NCBI RefSeq assembly: GCF_035594765.1
Contig: NC_085844.1
Span: 160,658,107 to 160,722,106, forward strand
Length of the DNA stretch: 64,000 nt
Direction: 5' to 3'
From: Anolis carolinensis
Taxonomy: Eukaryota
The notes under the pieces were generated by a model, which was not told the origin of the DNA, did not search any database, and was given only the letters and a program-made list of their open reading frames with translations. Position numbers and translations under genes: made by a program. Positions 37,883 to 50,694 of the stretch are shown here, one piece after another (the first letter of the stretch is position 1; each line of letters starts with the position of its first letter).

Positions 37883-38492
37883 GAATCATAGAATCATAGA
37901 ATCATAGAATAGTAGAGTTGGAAGAGACCACATAGGCCATCTAGTCCAACCCCCTGCTAAGAAGCAGGAAATTGCATTCAAAGCACCCCCGACAGATGGC
38001 CATCCAGCCTCTGCTTAAAAGCCTCCAAGGAAGGAGCCTCCACCACGGCCCCGGGGAGAGAGTTCCACTGTCGAACAGCTCTCACAGTGAGGAAGTTCTT
38101 CCTGATGTTCAAGTGGAATCTCCTTTCCTGTAGTTTGAAGCCATTGTTCCGTGTCCTAGTCTGCAGGGCAGCAGAAAACAAGCTTGCTCCCTCTTCCCTA
38201 TGACTTCCCTTCACGTATTTGTACATGGCTATCATGTCTCCTCTCAGCCTTCTCTTCTGCAGGCTAAACATGCCCAGCTCTTTAAGCCGCTCCTCATAGG
38301 GCTTGTTCTCCAGACCCTTAATCATTTTAGTCGCCCTCCTCTGGACGCTTTCCAGTTTGTCAACATCTCCCTTCAACTGTGGTGCCCAAAATTGGACACA
38401 GTATTCCAGGTGTGGTCTGACCAAGGCAGAATAGAGGGGGAGCATAACTTCCCTGGATCTAGACGCTATTCCCCTATTGATGCAGGCCAGAA
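37883..38492 (-). mobile_element. CR1 LINE, 5'-truncated (ORF2 C-terminus)
   Basis: [39 protein letters not shown]; short attctatg-type tandem tail. Confidence 0.95.
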
Positions 38493-40245
38493 GAGTCAGT
38501 TTCTTTAGCAGTGTGTCACAAGAATTTGCTCAAGTAGGAGAAAATAGATGGTATAAAATATACTTTAAGTAGAAGAAAGCATCTAGAAGAAGACTTTTAG
38601 ATCCAAATCTCTACAAAATAAAAATTAGCCAATATAGCCCATCATGTTTAGTTTTCCATGCTCCGTGTACATAAAACCTATTGTTCATTATTCCTCCCCC
38701 ATTTATTTTACAAGGAAAGGAACTGTGTGTTTATCTTCTTTACATGATCAGGCTGGTTCACAGGTGAAAGAATCCACAAAATCTATCTGAGCACTGCACA
38801 CAGCCCTCCAATTTGAAGGGCAAAAATGTTCACATTTCTTAAAAATGCAATTATTTATTCTTCTGGCAACATTCGGTTCCAACAGTTTTATAATTTGACA
38901 ATAGTAGTATTGTCACGTTTAATGGCGATTTGCTTGATAGTGTTCATTGCATATTTCCAAATGCAAATAAGTTTGAATCTCTTGTCAAGCATTTAGGAGT
39001 TTGTAAGAGCCCTCATCTGCATGTAACTCAAAAAACAATACTTCCATCAGTAACAATAAAACATTTTTCAAAGAAATGTATGCTCTTTCTCAGTAACCAT
39101 ATCTTCACTTAGCTTTCTTTTTTAAAGCCTGGGCCTTATATAATAATGTCATAGTTGCTATGAGGATGGATGGGATAAATAGATACTACAGGTTGAAAAT
39201 AGAAATGGTGGGGTTTCTCTGAGAACAGTCAATAGATCCAGGAATCACAGGAAACATAGTCTGGTCTGCATTCTCCTGTGTGAATCATCAAGGCCCCCAA
39301 GACGCAGGCCTTCAGTGTATCAGAAGGCCTCCCTTTAACTTTTATTTTTCTTGGATGGAAGAAATGACAAAAAAGACAAAAAAGATGGATATAACCATAG
39401 GAAGATCTATATAGGATCAGCCAAAAGGCCAATCTATTCCGATATTAAGTTCAAGCCTTTGCCCACTAGTTGTTTGAAGAAAGTCTACCAACAGGACAAA
39501 ACAAGATTTCATCTATATCTTGTGCTCTCCAGAAATTTATATACAGCCTGATGTATCTTTGGATGATATGTATCCATCCTCACATAAAGATACAGGGATA
39601 CACCTTAGCTGTATCACAACAGCTCCAGAGTGTCTTGACCCAGATTAATTAACACAGCTAAATTACCCATTCAAAAGAAACTTGAGATTTCTGCAAAACT
39701 CCTTCCTCTTATTGTTTTTGTCTGTTTGTAGAGTACGTCCTGACTTGTGAATACTGCTCAAAATTACATAGTTTTAAAGAAGCAACTTGCTATGGGTAAA
39801 AAAATTCTGCAAGTTGTTCTTTTTGGGAACAAATAATAATTATGAAGATGACATTCTGGCAGGATTTTGAAAATGTCACAGCATGCTAAAACTTCTCTTA
39901 CTCAATGCTGTCCCTACCTCATCTATTTACAGACCTTCTGGGGCCCTGAGTAGCCCTTTTTAAAGTGTGAACTAACTTTCAGGGATTGGGGAGTTCAAAT
40001 GGGACAAATGTGATCCCAGGATCCTTTACAGTTACCATTCCAAATTTTAACAACATGAGTCTTGATGAACAAATAATGTATTTAACAGCTGCTTAAAAAT
40101 ATTTCATATATCTTTCAAGAAATAGAATAGAACTCCAAAAATCCAGTACACCTAAATGGTGTACAAATATAACTCAGGTCAGTTACTTTGAAAACTTAAT
40201 TACCATTACATTTGCAATTTCCTAAAAGCAACCTTTTGCATATTT

Positions 40246-42223
40246 GAAGAAGCCAGAATGGATGTCCAAAGAACTTCTAACTGGGCTAAGACTCAAAAGA
40301 GACATGCACAAGAAGTGGAAAAGGGGAGAAATCACCAAAGAAGAATTCAAACGTATAGCCTTTTCCTGTAGGGAAAAGGTTCGCAAGGCTAAAGCCCAAT
40401 ATTAGCTCAGGCTTGCCAGGGACATAAAAAACAACAAAAAAGTCTTTTTTGCTTATGTTGGTAGAAAAAGGAAGAACAAGGAGGCAATAGGGCCTCTGTG
40501 AGGAGAAGATGGGGTGATGGTGACAAGGGACAGGGAAAAGGCAGAACTACTTAATGCCTTCTTTGCCTCGGTCTTCTCACAAAAAGAAAGCCATCTTCAA
40601 CCTCAGCAACATGGAATGGATGAAGGATTGGGGAAATCCAACCCCAAATAGGGAAACAAGTTGTCCAGGAACACCTGGCCTCTCTAAACGAATTCATGTC
40701 CCCAGGGCCAGATCAGCTACATCCAAGAGTATTGAAGGAACTAGCGGAAGTTATTTCAGAACCACTGGCAATTATCTTTGAGAATTCTTGGAGAAGTCCC
40801 AGCAGATTGGAGGAGGGCAAATGTGGTCCCTATCTTCAAGAAGGGAATAAAGAACGACCCAAACAATTACTGTCCGGTCAGCTTCACGTCGATACCAGGC
40901 AAGACTCTGGAAAAGATCATTAAGGAAGTGGTCTGCGAACATTTAGAAACAAATGCGGTCATTGCTAATAGCCAACACGGATTTACCAAAAACTAGTCAT
41001 GCCAGACTAATCTGATCTCTTTTTTCGATAGAGTTACGAGTTGGGTTGATATAGGGAATGCTGTGGATGTAGCGTACCTGGATTTCAGTAAGGCCTTCGA
41101 TAAAGTCCCCCATGACCTTCTGGCAAACAAACTAGTAAAATGTGGGCTAGACAAAACTACGGTTAGGTGGATCTGTAATTGGCCAAGCAAACGAACCCAA
41201 AGGGTGCTCACCAATGCGTCTTCTTCATCTTGGAAAGAAGTCATGAGTGGAGTGCCGCAGGGTTCCGTCCTGGGCCTGGTTCTGTTTAACATCTTTATTA
41301 ATGACTTAGACAAAGGGTTAGAAGTCACGATCATCAAGTTTGCAGATGACACCAAATTGGGAGGGACAGCCAACACTCCAGAAGACAGGAGCAGAATTCA
41401 ATATGATCTTGACAGACTAGAGAGATGGGCCGAAACTAACAAAATGAAGTTCAACAGGGACAAATGCAAGATACTTCACTTCGGCAGAAAAAATGGAATG
41501 CAAAGATACAGAATGGGGGATGCCTGGCTCGACAGCAGTACATGTGAGAAAGATCTTGGAGTCCTCGTGGACAACAAGTTAAACATGAGCCTACAATGTG
41601 ATGCGGCTGCTAAAAAAGCCAACGGGATTCTGGCCTGCATAAATAGGGGAATAGCATCTAGATCTAGGGAAGTCATGCTACCCCTCTATTCCGCCTTGGT
41701 CTGACCACACCTGGAATACTGTGTCCAATTCTGGGCACCTCAATTGAAGGAAGATGTTGACAAGCTGGAAAGCGTCCAGAGGAGGGCAACGAAAATGATC
41801 AAGGGTCTGGAGAACAAGCCCTATGAGGAGCGGCTTAAAGAACTGGCCATGTTTAGCCTGCAGAAGAGAGGGTTGAGAGGAGACATGATAGCCATGTACA
41901 AATACGTGAAGGGAAGTCATAGAGAGGAGAGAGCAAGCTTGTTTTCTGCTGCCCTGCAGACTAGGACACGAAACAATGGCTTCAAACTACAGGAAAGGAG
42001 ATTCCACCTGAACATCAGAAAGAATTTCCTCACTGTGAGGGCTGTTCGGCAGTGGAACTCTCTGCCCCGGATTGTGGTGGAGGCTCCTTCTTTGGAGGCT
42101 TTTAAGCAGAGGCTGGATGGCCATCTGTCGGGGGTGCTTTGAACGCGATTTCCTGCTAGTTGGCAGAGGTTGGACTAAATGGCCCATGAGGTCTCTTCCA
42201 ACCTTACTATTCTATGATTCTAT
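40246..42223 (+). mobile_element. CR1 LINE, 5'-truncated, with disrupted RT domain
   Basis: YLDFSKAFDKVPH, GVPQGSVLG, KFADDTK; stops at about 40994 and 41702 plus frameshifts; attctatgattcta tail. Confidence 0.95.
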
Positions 42224-43197
42224 AAACTGAAATAGTTAAGGTTGGGTTACTTTTTAGTTAAGATTAGGTTATATGAATGCTACAAAGCACACAGATTTGG
42301 AAAAAAAAAGCATGCCCAACTGACTGACTAACTAAATTAGTAAAGATTGTATTAAAAATGTAACTAATTATTGAAGATGAACAGAAAAAGCAGTGAAGTT
42401 ATTAATCATTATTTTACATCATAATGTAAACTTAGCTATAACTTGCATATTGAAAAAAGAAGGTTTGTTTCCAACTATTGAAGTAAAATTAGCAGTTACT
42501 GGCTTTAATTTGATTTTACCTAATTACTTATTTAAATTCAATTTTACTTAATTAAGCACAGCAACTTATTTCCTAGCTCTGCAAAAAAAAAAAGGCCTAT
42601 AAGAAAACTCCAGCCTCTCAGTCAGCATCATTTTATTCAATGCATTTGTGATTTCTCCATCTCCTGGTTTGTTTGAATTGTTAATGTGGCTGTTGGGTTT
42701 TGTTAGTATTAATTTACACATCAGTTGCCTTCTCTAATGGTTCAAGATTTGCTGATGCTTTCCCCAGTTTGGTGTAACTCTATAGTATTTTTTATAAAAA
42801 ATGTAGCCGCACAGATGGTGTTTTATGAGCTCAGTTATTTTGGTTTATGAGTGGGCGTTTAACTTTACTGTGAGCTTGCCAAGGGTGTGATAAGGGTATT
42901 GTCCTCCAGTGTAAACTGTTTGGTTGCCACTTTGCTTTAATGTTAATTGCATGTTTCATTGTCACTATTTAAATAGATGGAATGAGAGTGTCTGCTGTGC
43001 ACCATTCAATTTCTCAGTAGTGACTGGGAAATGAATTCATTTTTGAAAGATCCAGTTCAGCATGCAGTCTGAAATCTTTGGAGAAGAAATATGTAGAAGT
43101 AGCTGACAGACTGTCTATGACTTTAGGTTCCTGGAAAGAATGCTAAACCAAGCTGAAGGGCAGCATGTAAAAATACATTGCCTCTGCATTTATATTG

Positions 43198-43421
43198 CTC
43201 TTATTGTGCGCCTTCAAGTCATTTCCAATCTATGGCAACCCTATAATAGGATTTTCTAGAAAAGCTTTATTCAGAAGGGGTTTGCCATAGCCTTTCTCTG
43301 TGAGTGAGAGCGGGTAACTAGTTCAAGGTCACCCCGTGGCTTTCTATGGCTGAGCAGATATTCAAACCTTTGTCTCCCAGATTCTAGTCCAATTTCCAAA
43401 CACTACATCATACTGGCTCTC
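43198..43421 (-). mobile_element. Old SINE/RTE-type fragment (a related copy lies near 25540-25760)
   Basis: ccttcaagtcatttcc..tatggcaacccta...caaggtcacccc..ggctttc motifs shared in inverse with 25590-25760; family not firmly identified. Confidence 0.45.
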
Positions 43422-44414
43422 AGCAACTCCCTTGTCTTATCCCAGTCTTAAAATGCAAAGGAAACTTTGGGGAAACACATATTGTCTCCTTATTATAGAC
43501 CCATGTTATAAGAACAGTGTATGAGTTTTGGTGAGATTTAGTGCTTGAAAAAAATATTTTTCAAAAATAGTTAAAGTTATAGTTCCAAAACTAAAGTTCC
43601 AATACATTGTGCAATTGTAATTGTTAGCCACTTTGAGTCTCCTTGTGAGAGAGAAAGTGGGGTACAAATGCTATAAATAAATAAATAAATAAAATCTAAT
43701 GGATGGTTAGCTACTTACAGGGATTTAAAAAATAAAAATCCTTTATCTTTCTGTTTATTCACAACAGTGAACATGGGCAGGGATGGGGGGTGGGGATGTT
43801 AACTTTCTATGGATACAGACCTTAAAGAGAGACTCTGACTTAGAAAGTATTTCTGGTGCAAACATGACCTTGCATTGATATTTCCTCCTAAATCCAAGTC
43901 ATTAAGGGTCAAACCTTTTTTCTTAAAGGTAAATAAAGTTAGAGTAGTGCTTCCATTACTTTCGTTGCCCAAAAATTCTTTAGTTCCATAATGTGATAAT
44001 CAGAGAGCAGTGAAGTATTTAAATGATGCAAGCCACGCGTGCTCATTAAATGTTTTAAACTGAGATAAGTAAAGTTGAGTCTGAAATAGAAACCATAATA
44101 AGGAACAGCGCACGTAAGTATAAACTGTATCACATGGCTGAAATGATCAAGGGATGGTTGCTCCACATCATGAAGCTGTGGATCCTACAGATCCCGGAAC
44201 CAGTTCAAGGTCAGCCTTTGTGGTTTGTATAAGCACTATCCAGGAGTCAAACCAGTTCTAGAATTTTCTTCTCTGCCAGTTTCACACTGACCTAAGTGCT
44301 TCGTGTGGATGTGTCCTGTGTTAGACTAAAATTACAAGTATTTCCTTCTTTGTCCATGTATTACTTACTTTAGAGACCTAGGACATTATTTTGGATGAGC
44401 TGTCTGCCAAGTAT

Positions 44415-44654
44415 CCCAGAGACCTTTTGGATGACACTGGGAAAGGGGGTTTTCTCGCTCAACTTTGTCATCTGGGTTCTCAGTTCAGAAGCAGGGAGCA
44501 AGGTGGTGGAGTTGCAATAGTCGCTTTAAGTTTATTGATGTTAATTTGTATTTTGATTTATGCACTTTCGTTGACTATGGTATTGAAAGTTTGCCTTTTT
44601 GTATGTAAACCACTCAGAGTCCCCTCAGGAAGAGAGAGCGGTCTATAAATAAAG
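44415..44654 (+). mobile_element. Short L2-derived fragment (endonuclease-like piece joined to 3' tail)
   Basis: LAQLC..G....R..GGGVAIV followed at once by a T-rich UTR and gtaaaccactcagagtcccctcagg..gcggtctataaataaa tail. Confidence 0.45.
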
Positions 44655-45497
44655 TGGGTTGTTGTATGTCTTTCGGGCTGTGTGGTCATGTTCCAGAAGT
44701 ATTCTCTCCTGATGTTTCGCCCACATCTATGGCAGGCATCCTCAGAGGTTGTGAGGTATGGATAAACTAAGTAAGGAAAGGAAAGAATATATATCTGTGT
44801 AGAGTCCAGGGTGTGGTAAGAGTCCTTTGTCACTGGGAGCCAGCATTAATGTTTCAGTTAATCACCCTAATTAGCATTGGAAATGTTTTGTCTCTTGCAT
44901 CCTTTGTTCAGTCAAGCCCTCAGAGTTTTGGTTCCCATCTACTGTTTTGATTTCGGAGTTTTGTAATACTGGTAGCCAGATTTTGTTCATTTTCATGGTT
45001 TCTTCCTTTCTGTTGAAGTTGTCCACATGCTTCTGGATTTCAATGGCTTCTCTGTGTAGTCTGACATGATAGTTGTTGGAATGGTCCAGCATTTTTGTGT
45101 TCTCAAATAATATCCTGTGTCCAGGCTGGTTCATCAAATGCTCTGCTATAGCTGATTTCTCTGGTTGAATTAGTCTGCAGTGCCTTTCATGTTCTTTGAC
45201 TCTTGTTTGGGCGCTGCATTTGGTGGTCCCTATGTAGACTTGTCCACAGCTGCATGGTATCCAGTAGACTCCTGCAGAGGAGAGAGGATCCCTCTTGTCC
45301 TTCGCTGACCGTAGCATTTGTTGGATTTTCTTTGTGGGTCTGTAGATAGTTTGTAGGTTGTGCTTCTTCATCAGTTTGCCTATGCGGTCAGTGGTTCCCT
45401 TGATGTATGGTAAGAACACCTTTCCTCTGGGTGGATCTTTGTCTTGACTCTCATGGCTTGTTCTTGGCCTTGCAGCTCTTCTGATGTCTGTGGTGGA
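44655..45497 (-). mobile_element. Penelope-like element, 5'-truncated, with GIY-YIG endonuclease
   Basis: ORF 44871-45419 FLPYIKG..GVYWIPCSCGQVYIGTT..RVKEH..SAIAEH..REAIEI..NFNR. Confidence 0.92.
44708..44748 (-). ncRNA. Minimal type I hammerhead ribozyme motif in the Penelope 3' repeat (probably mutated)
   Basis: Minus strand cct-CTGAGGA-tgcctgc catagat gtgggc-GAAAC-atc-agg: CUGANGA box, stem II, GAAA box, 3-bp stem I. Confidence 0.7.
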
Positions 45498-46149
45498 TAC
45501 TATCTATCTATCCCTCTGACCAGGTGCCCTATCCTACAGTTTTCTGGGTTCACGTGTTCATCTGAAGATAGGTGACTGGAACAAATTAAGAATTCTGGTG
45601 GTGTACCAACCATCCCACTGATCAATCATCGTTCTTCCTGAGCTAGCCAGAGTGGTCCAAAGTTGGTATTGGCCCTATACCAGTCAAGATGGTGACCAAA
45701 AGCAACACTGAATCAGTTATGGTCACCATTTTTTGTCAGATAGATTTATATTTATTAGAGGATCACTATCAGGGGTTCCAGTCTGCAGGAGGGATGTTAA
45801 ATTTGCCCCTCTATCTCTGAGTAGTTGTTCCTTAGAGCATCAGTCAGCTAAATTTGTTAAAGTTTAACTGAGATATATGATAATGAACTGACAGCTTATT
45901 TGAAAATATTTTGGCTTTAGTTTACCAGAAAAAAAGGAACAAGCAGTGAACAAACTCAACAAGGGGGAGAAGAGGTGTAGAATCTTGCTTTTCATAAGAC
46001 ACTCAATCAAAAGCAAAGTGCTATAGTCCTTAATTTATCTGCTTCCCATTAATAACTTTTGCCATCTTGATTCCCTGAAATGTTGCTTGGCTACATGTGA
46101 CCCATTTTTCATTTATGAGATGTTTAAATTTGTGACAAATATAGCTGAT

Positions 46150-47030
46150 TTAACCTCAAAAATTTTTCTTTTATTTCCCCTCTTGCAGTGCATACCAAAG
46201 TACTATAAGGTATATATTTGATAGATTCTCCTTTTTGTCTTCAAATAAGGAGACATGCAGTAATGTCCATCAAAAGTGGTTTTTTTCCTATTATTTGGCT
46301 TACCCAAATTAAGATCTCATCCCAAAATGTGAGTATCATTTGACGTAACAGCCAGATAGTGGTCCAATCTCCTAATGCTTCACATCCTCCATTATGAATC
46401 CTGTGTAGCTTGAATGGATATTGAAACCATTTATGGATCATTTCAATGTGTTCTAACTATTTTAAGCTGATACTGATTTGTAAGTTAGGTTTTCTCAAAT
46501 GAAATGGAATGCTCTGAATTTCTTGTCTTGTTTCAAAGAGTTATATAGGGCTGATTCACTCCGCATTAGTCAAATAGTGTTCCATTAATACTTAAGAAGA
46601 CCACAGACCACACAGGTACTAGAATACAAGGGATGTATAAATATCTCTGTATCAGATTTATTAAAATTCTTGGAATCCCACTTGCAATTTTTTTCCTTCT
46701 TGTTTAGTACTGGGTTGTGAGATATTGTGATTTCTTCCTGCTGTTCAAATTCATGTAGTTTTCTAGTCAATGCACTTTCTCTAATTTTCACATTTATTTG
46801 TATAGTAGCTAAATGCATGCATTCAGCATGCCTCAAATATCTGTGTTTAGTCACCTGTATTTTAAAACTGATTTTGTGCAATTTGTTTATTGTGCAACTT
46901 CTACAACTTCCTGTGGTCCTCACAAATATACAAAGGCTGATGAAGATATTTTCTCACAAGCACTGAAAAAATATTTTCATCCAAACTGTCAAGTCCAGCA
47001 AATATAATTCAATCCTTACAGGTAGATTAG
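46150..47030 (-). mobile_element. Highly degraded L1-like ORF2 3' remnant
   Basis: IHKWFQYPFKLHRI..C..LGDW..IW....ILTFWDEIL resembles the L1 ORF2 C-terminal region; many stops; boundaries approximate. Confidence 0.5.
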
Positions 47031-48300
47031 TAGTTCAAATATTTGCACAATTCATAGGTCTTATTAATTTCAGTGAATCATTGTGATCAGAAATAGAAGG
47101 AAATAATAAAATATTCTATTTTAATTTCAGAAATTGTTGCCAAAATTGCTTTTTGCCAAGGAATCCATCACCTCTATTTTCATTTCATTTCTGCTTCTAG
47201 AAACAATGTTGACTTTTTTAAAAAGTATTTTATTGTCCTGTCAGAAGTAGACAGGTATCTGTTCCTTGTTAGACATTTTCACATCCCTCTTAAGAGCTAT
47301 AAACAGAATAAAATATTCAGATGCCATAAATATATTCAAATGTGCCTACTTTGTGCAATGTGTTTTAGAAATGAGTAAAATACATCAGCTACATAATACT
47401 TTTGTTAAGTTGCTCCTTTTTAAATTTCTATTACTTGGTAGCCAAAACCAATTCAATGTTTATGCCTTGTAGCTTTCCCTCTGGTACATTTTTTCCCAGC
47501 ACCAAGCGAGAGCATTATGATAATCTTGAAATTGTACACAATCAGCGCTCATATGTGAATGTTTTACATAATATTGAGCTTCACATGAATAATTATTTCA
47601 TATTAATTAATACACATGCCCTCTTATTCCAACTTCAAAACCTCTACTTCCATCATTACCTAACCATGACTAGAATACAGAGGAATGGCTTGGCATTGCA
47701 TAGAGTTTTGCAAACCTGATCCCATATCAAGGATTATGACATGGAAATGAGCTATCCATAAATATTAAAAATTATCTTCATTGCACAGATGTTCACTCCA
47801 TTTATCTGCAGAATTTCTGGATCACATATTCCATATGAATATGTTGGTATCCACCAAAGATTGCTTTTGGCAGGTTATGTGTTGATATCAGCAGGAAATA
47901 AATATCAAAACATTAAAAGGTATAAAACTTTAAAACAATAGCTTAAAGGTGTTTTACAAAGCACAGATGGCTTATGTCGTTCAAGTATGGGTGTCTGCAA
48001 CAGAATTAGAAATCATGTGTAGGATTTGTGAGTTTATGTGAATGACTTGGAAATAATGGCTCCTAAGCATATGTTGTATGTATGTAAAGCTGACTGAATA
48101 AAAATGATATTTTCAATAAGTAACTTAAACAAATGCTGTGAACATAGTGGCATTTTTAGCAAGATTATATGGAAGGTTTTCTCTACAGCATGTTGAATTG
48201 TAGAACCAAGTCTTAAACTGTTTAATCTCATTATAAACAACTGCTATAGAGGAGCATCACAAACTCTTTCAGGCTGTAATGCTTTACCCATCTGTAATAT

Positions 48301-48820
48301 AGAATCATGAATCATAGAATAGTAGAGTTGGAAGAGACCACATGGGCCATCCAGTCCAACCCCCTGCTAAGAAGCAGGAAATCGCATTCAAAGCGCCCCC
48401 AACAGATGGCCATCCAGCCTCTGCTTAAAAGCCTCCAAAGAAGGAGCCTCCACCACGGCCCCGGGGAGAGAGTTCCACTGTCGAACAGCTCTCACAGTGA
48501 GGAAGTTCTTCCTGATGTTCAAGTGGAATCTCCTTTCCTGTAGTTTGAAGCCATTGTTCCGTGTCCTAGTCTGCAGGGCAGCAGAAAACAAGCTTGCTCC
48601 CTCCTCCCTATGACTTCCCTTCACGTATTTGTACATGGCTATCATGTCTCCTCTCAGCCTTCTCTTCTGCAGGCTAAACATGCCCAGCTCTTTAAGCCGC
48701 TCCTCATAGGGCTTGTTCTCCAGAACCTTAATCATTTTAGTCGCCCTCCTCTGGACGCTTTCCAGCTTGTCAACATCTCCCTTCAACTGTGGTGCCCAAA
48801 ATTGGACACAGTATTCCAGG
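48301..48820 (-). mobile_element. CR1 LINE, 5'-truncated
   Basis: Nearly identical to 37883-38410. Confidence 0.95.
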
Positions 48821-49124
48821 TATAATAATAATAAAACAACAATAGCAAAGATGTACAGGATTGTACACATATATTCATTTCTTGGTTGTTTATCTTTGCT
48901 TTTCTCTTATGGTTTCTCCTAAATCAGGGGTGGGCAACTGTAAAAGGCTAGGTGGACCTTTATTAGCTTCCTATGAGACATTGGGGGGCTGCAGACCCAC
49001 TCCACTCCACACAAAATGATTTGCACCCTACCTGAAGGATTTTAGAATTTTTAAAAATTGTAATGCAAAGTTAGAATGAAACACAAGACATTTAGAATGA
49101 AACACAAGATGAAGAAGTACTCCA

Positions 49125-49372
49125 TCAAGGACTCGGTGTCACAGTGGATGATGAAGCAGCAGCTCTCCCTGTGGTCGGAATCGAGCATACCCTCATGAAA
49201 CCAGAAGCTGGAAAATGTTAAATAGCCTCTGTGTCTTTGTCTGTGTGTGTTCTATGTCTAATGGCATTGAATGTTTGCCATGTATATGTATATTGTGATC
49301 CACCCTGAGTACCCTTCAGGGTGAGAAGGGTGGAATATGAATACTGTAAATAAATAAATAAATAAATAAATA
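49125..49372 (+). mobile_element. tRNA-derived SINE 3' half
   Basis: cagtggatgatgaagcagc..ggcattgaatgtttgcc..gtgagaagggtggaatat..(taaa)n matches 1060-1292. Confidence 0.8.
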
Positions 49373-49621
49373 CATCTGGTCCAACTTCTCTGCCTTTTCC
49401 AAAAAAGAGCCCCTGGAAATCAGCCTGCATAATCAAGATGATACCATGAACGGAGAAAACATAGCTGTGCAGAAGCATTTGAAATATACCTAGGCAATTC
49501 AAGTATAGATCACCCTATACTATATAGATCACCCAGAAAAATATGAACATGAGGAAATTCCTTGTTTTCCCAAAAATTGCCAATAGAACCCAGTCAATCA
49601 ATATAGATCAATTACTATATC

Positions 49622-50170
49622 TGTCAGCAGGGATGGCAATGGAAAGCCTTGTTTTATTGGGGATTTTTGTCTATGTTATTTAGTGGGGTTTAATGGTAAA
49701 GGTGGGCAGGAGTTAGCTACTGCTGATTGGCTATGTGTTGCCATGGTAACGTAGCTGCTTCTGTAGAAATGTAACTATTTCGAGGCTATCAAGAAAGGGG
49801 CGGAGCTAGCTGGATGAAAAAGGAGGGAATGTTTTTAAAAAGAGTTAGATTCATGTTTTCAGTGAGGGAAGATAGAGGAAAGACTTCTGTGTGTTCGGTT
49901 TAGTTTCTAACCTGTGGGCTAGAGGGGAGAATATATGTGTTTAAGTGTGCAACTACTAATGCTATATTAAAGTATAAAAAGGATTTGTTTATGTCCTGGT
50001 TCCCAGCTGGGTAAAGCTGAGGGAAAGAAATACTGTTGAGACAAAGTTTCAGTCAAGTTGTTGATGTTAAAGAATGAAAGATATTATCTATATTATATAC
50101 AGGTGAAACTGAAGAAGGAAACCTTTGTAACAAGTTCTGCTTATTGGACTAAAGAAACCATAAAAAAATA
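49622..50170 (+). mobile_element. Possible LTR fragment abutting a Penelope copy
   Basis: TG start, ctgattgg and ggggcggagc promoter motifs, resembles 63508-64000 in layout; no right end or TSD found. Confidence 0.35.
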
Positions 50171-50694
50171 GGGTTGTTGTATGTCTTTCGGGCTGTGTGG
50201 CCATGTTCCAAAAGTATTCTCTCCTGATGTTTCGGCCACATCTATGGTAGGCTTCCTCAGAGGTTGTGAGGCATGGATAAACTGGGCAAGGAAGGAAAAA
50301 ATATATATCTGTGGAGAGTCCAGGGTGTGACAAGAGTCCTTTGTCAGTTGGAAGCCAGTGTTAATGTTTCAGTTAATCACCCTAATTAGCATTGGAAAGG
50401 TTTGTCTCTTGCCTGGGGGGGCATCCTTTGTTAAGTCATTAGCCGTCTTTGGGGCTCCTCTGCCCTCAGACTGTTGCTTCCCATCTACTGTTTTGATTTT
50501 TGAGTTTTTTTTAATACTGGTAGCCCGATTTTGTTCATTTTCATGGTTTCCTCCTTTCTGTTGAAGTTGTCCACATGCTTGTGGATTTCAATGGCTTCTC
50601 TGTGTAGTCTGACATGGTAGTTGTTGGAGTGGTCAAGCATTTCTGTGTTTTCAAATAATATACTGTGTCGAGGTTGGTTCATCAAGTGCTCTGC
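50171..50694 (-). mobile_element. Penelope-like element 3' fragment (second hammerhead core at 50223-50263)
   Basis: Similar to 44655-45146; ILFENTEMLDHSNNYHVRLHREAIEI. Confidence 0.9.
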
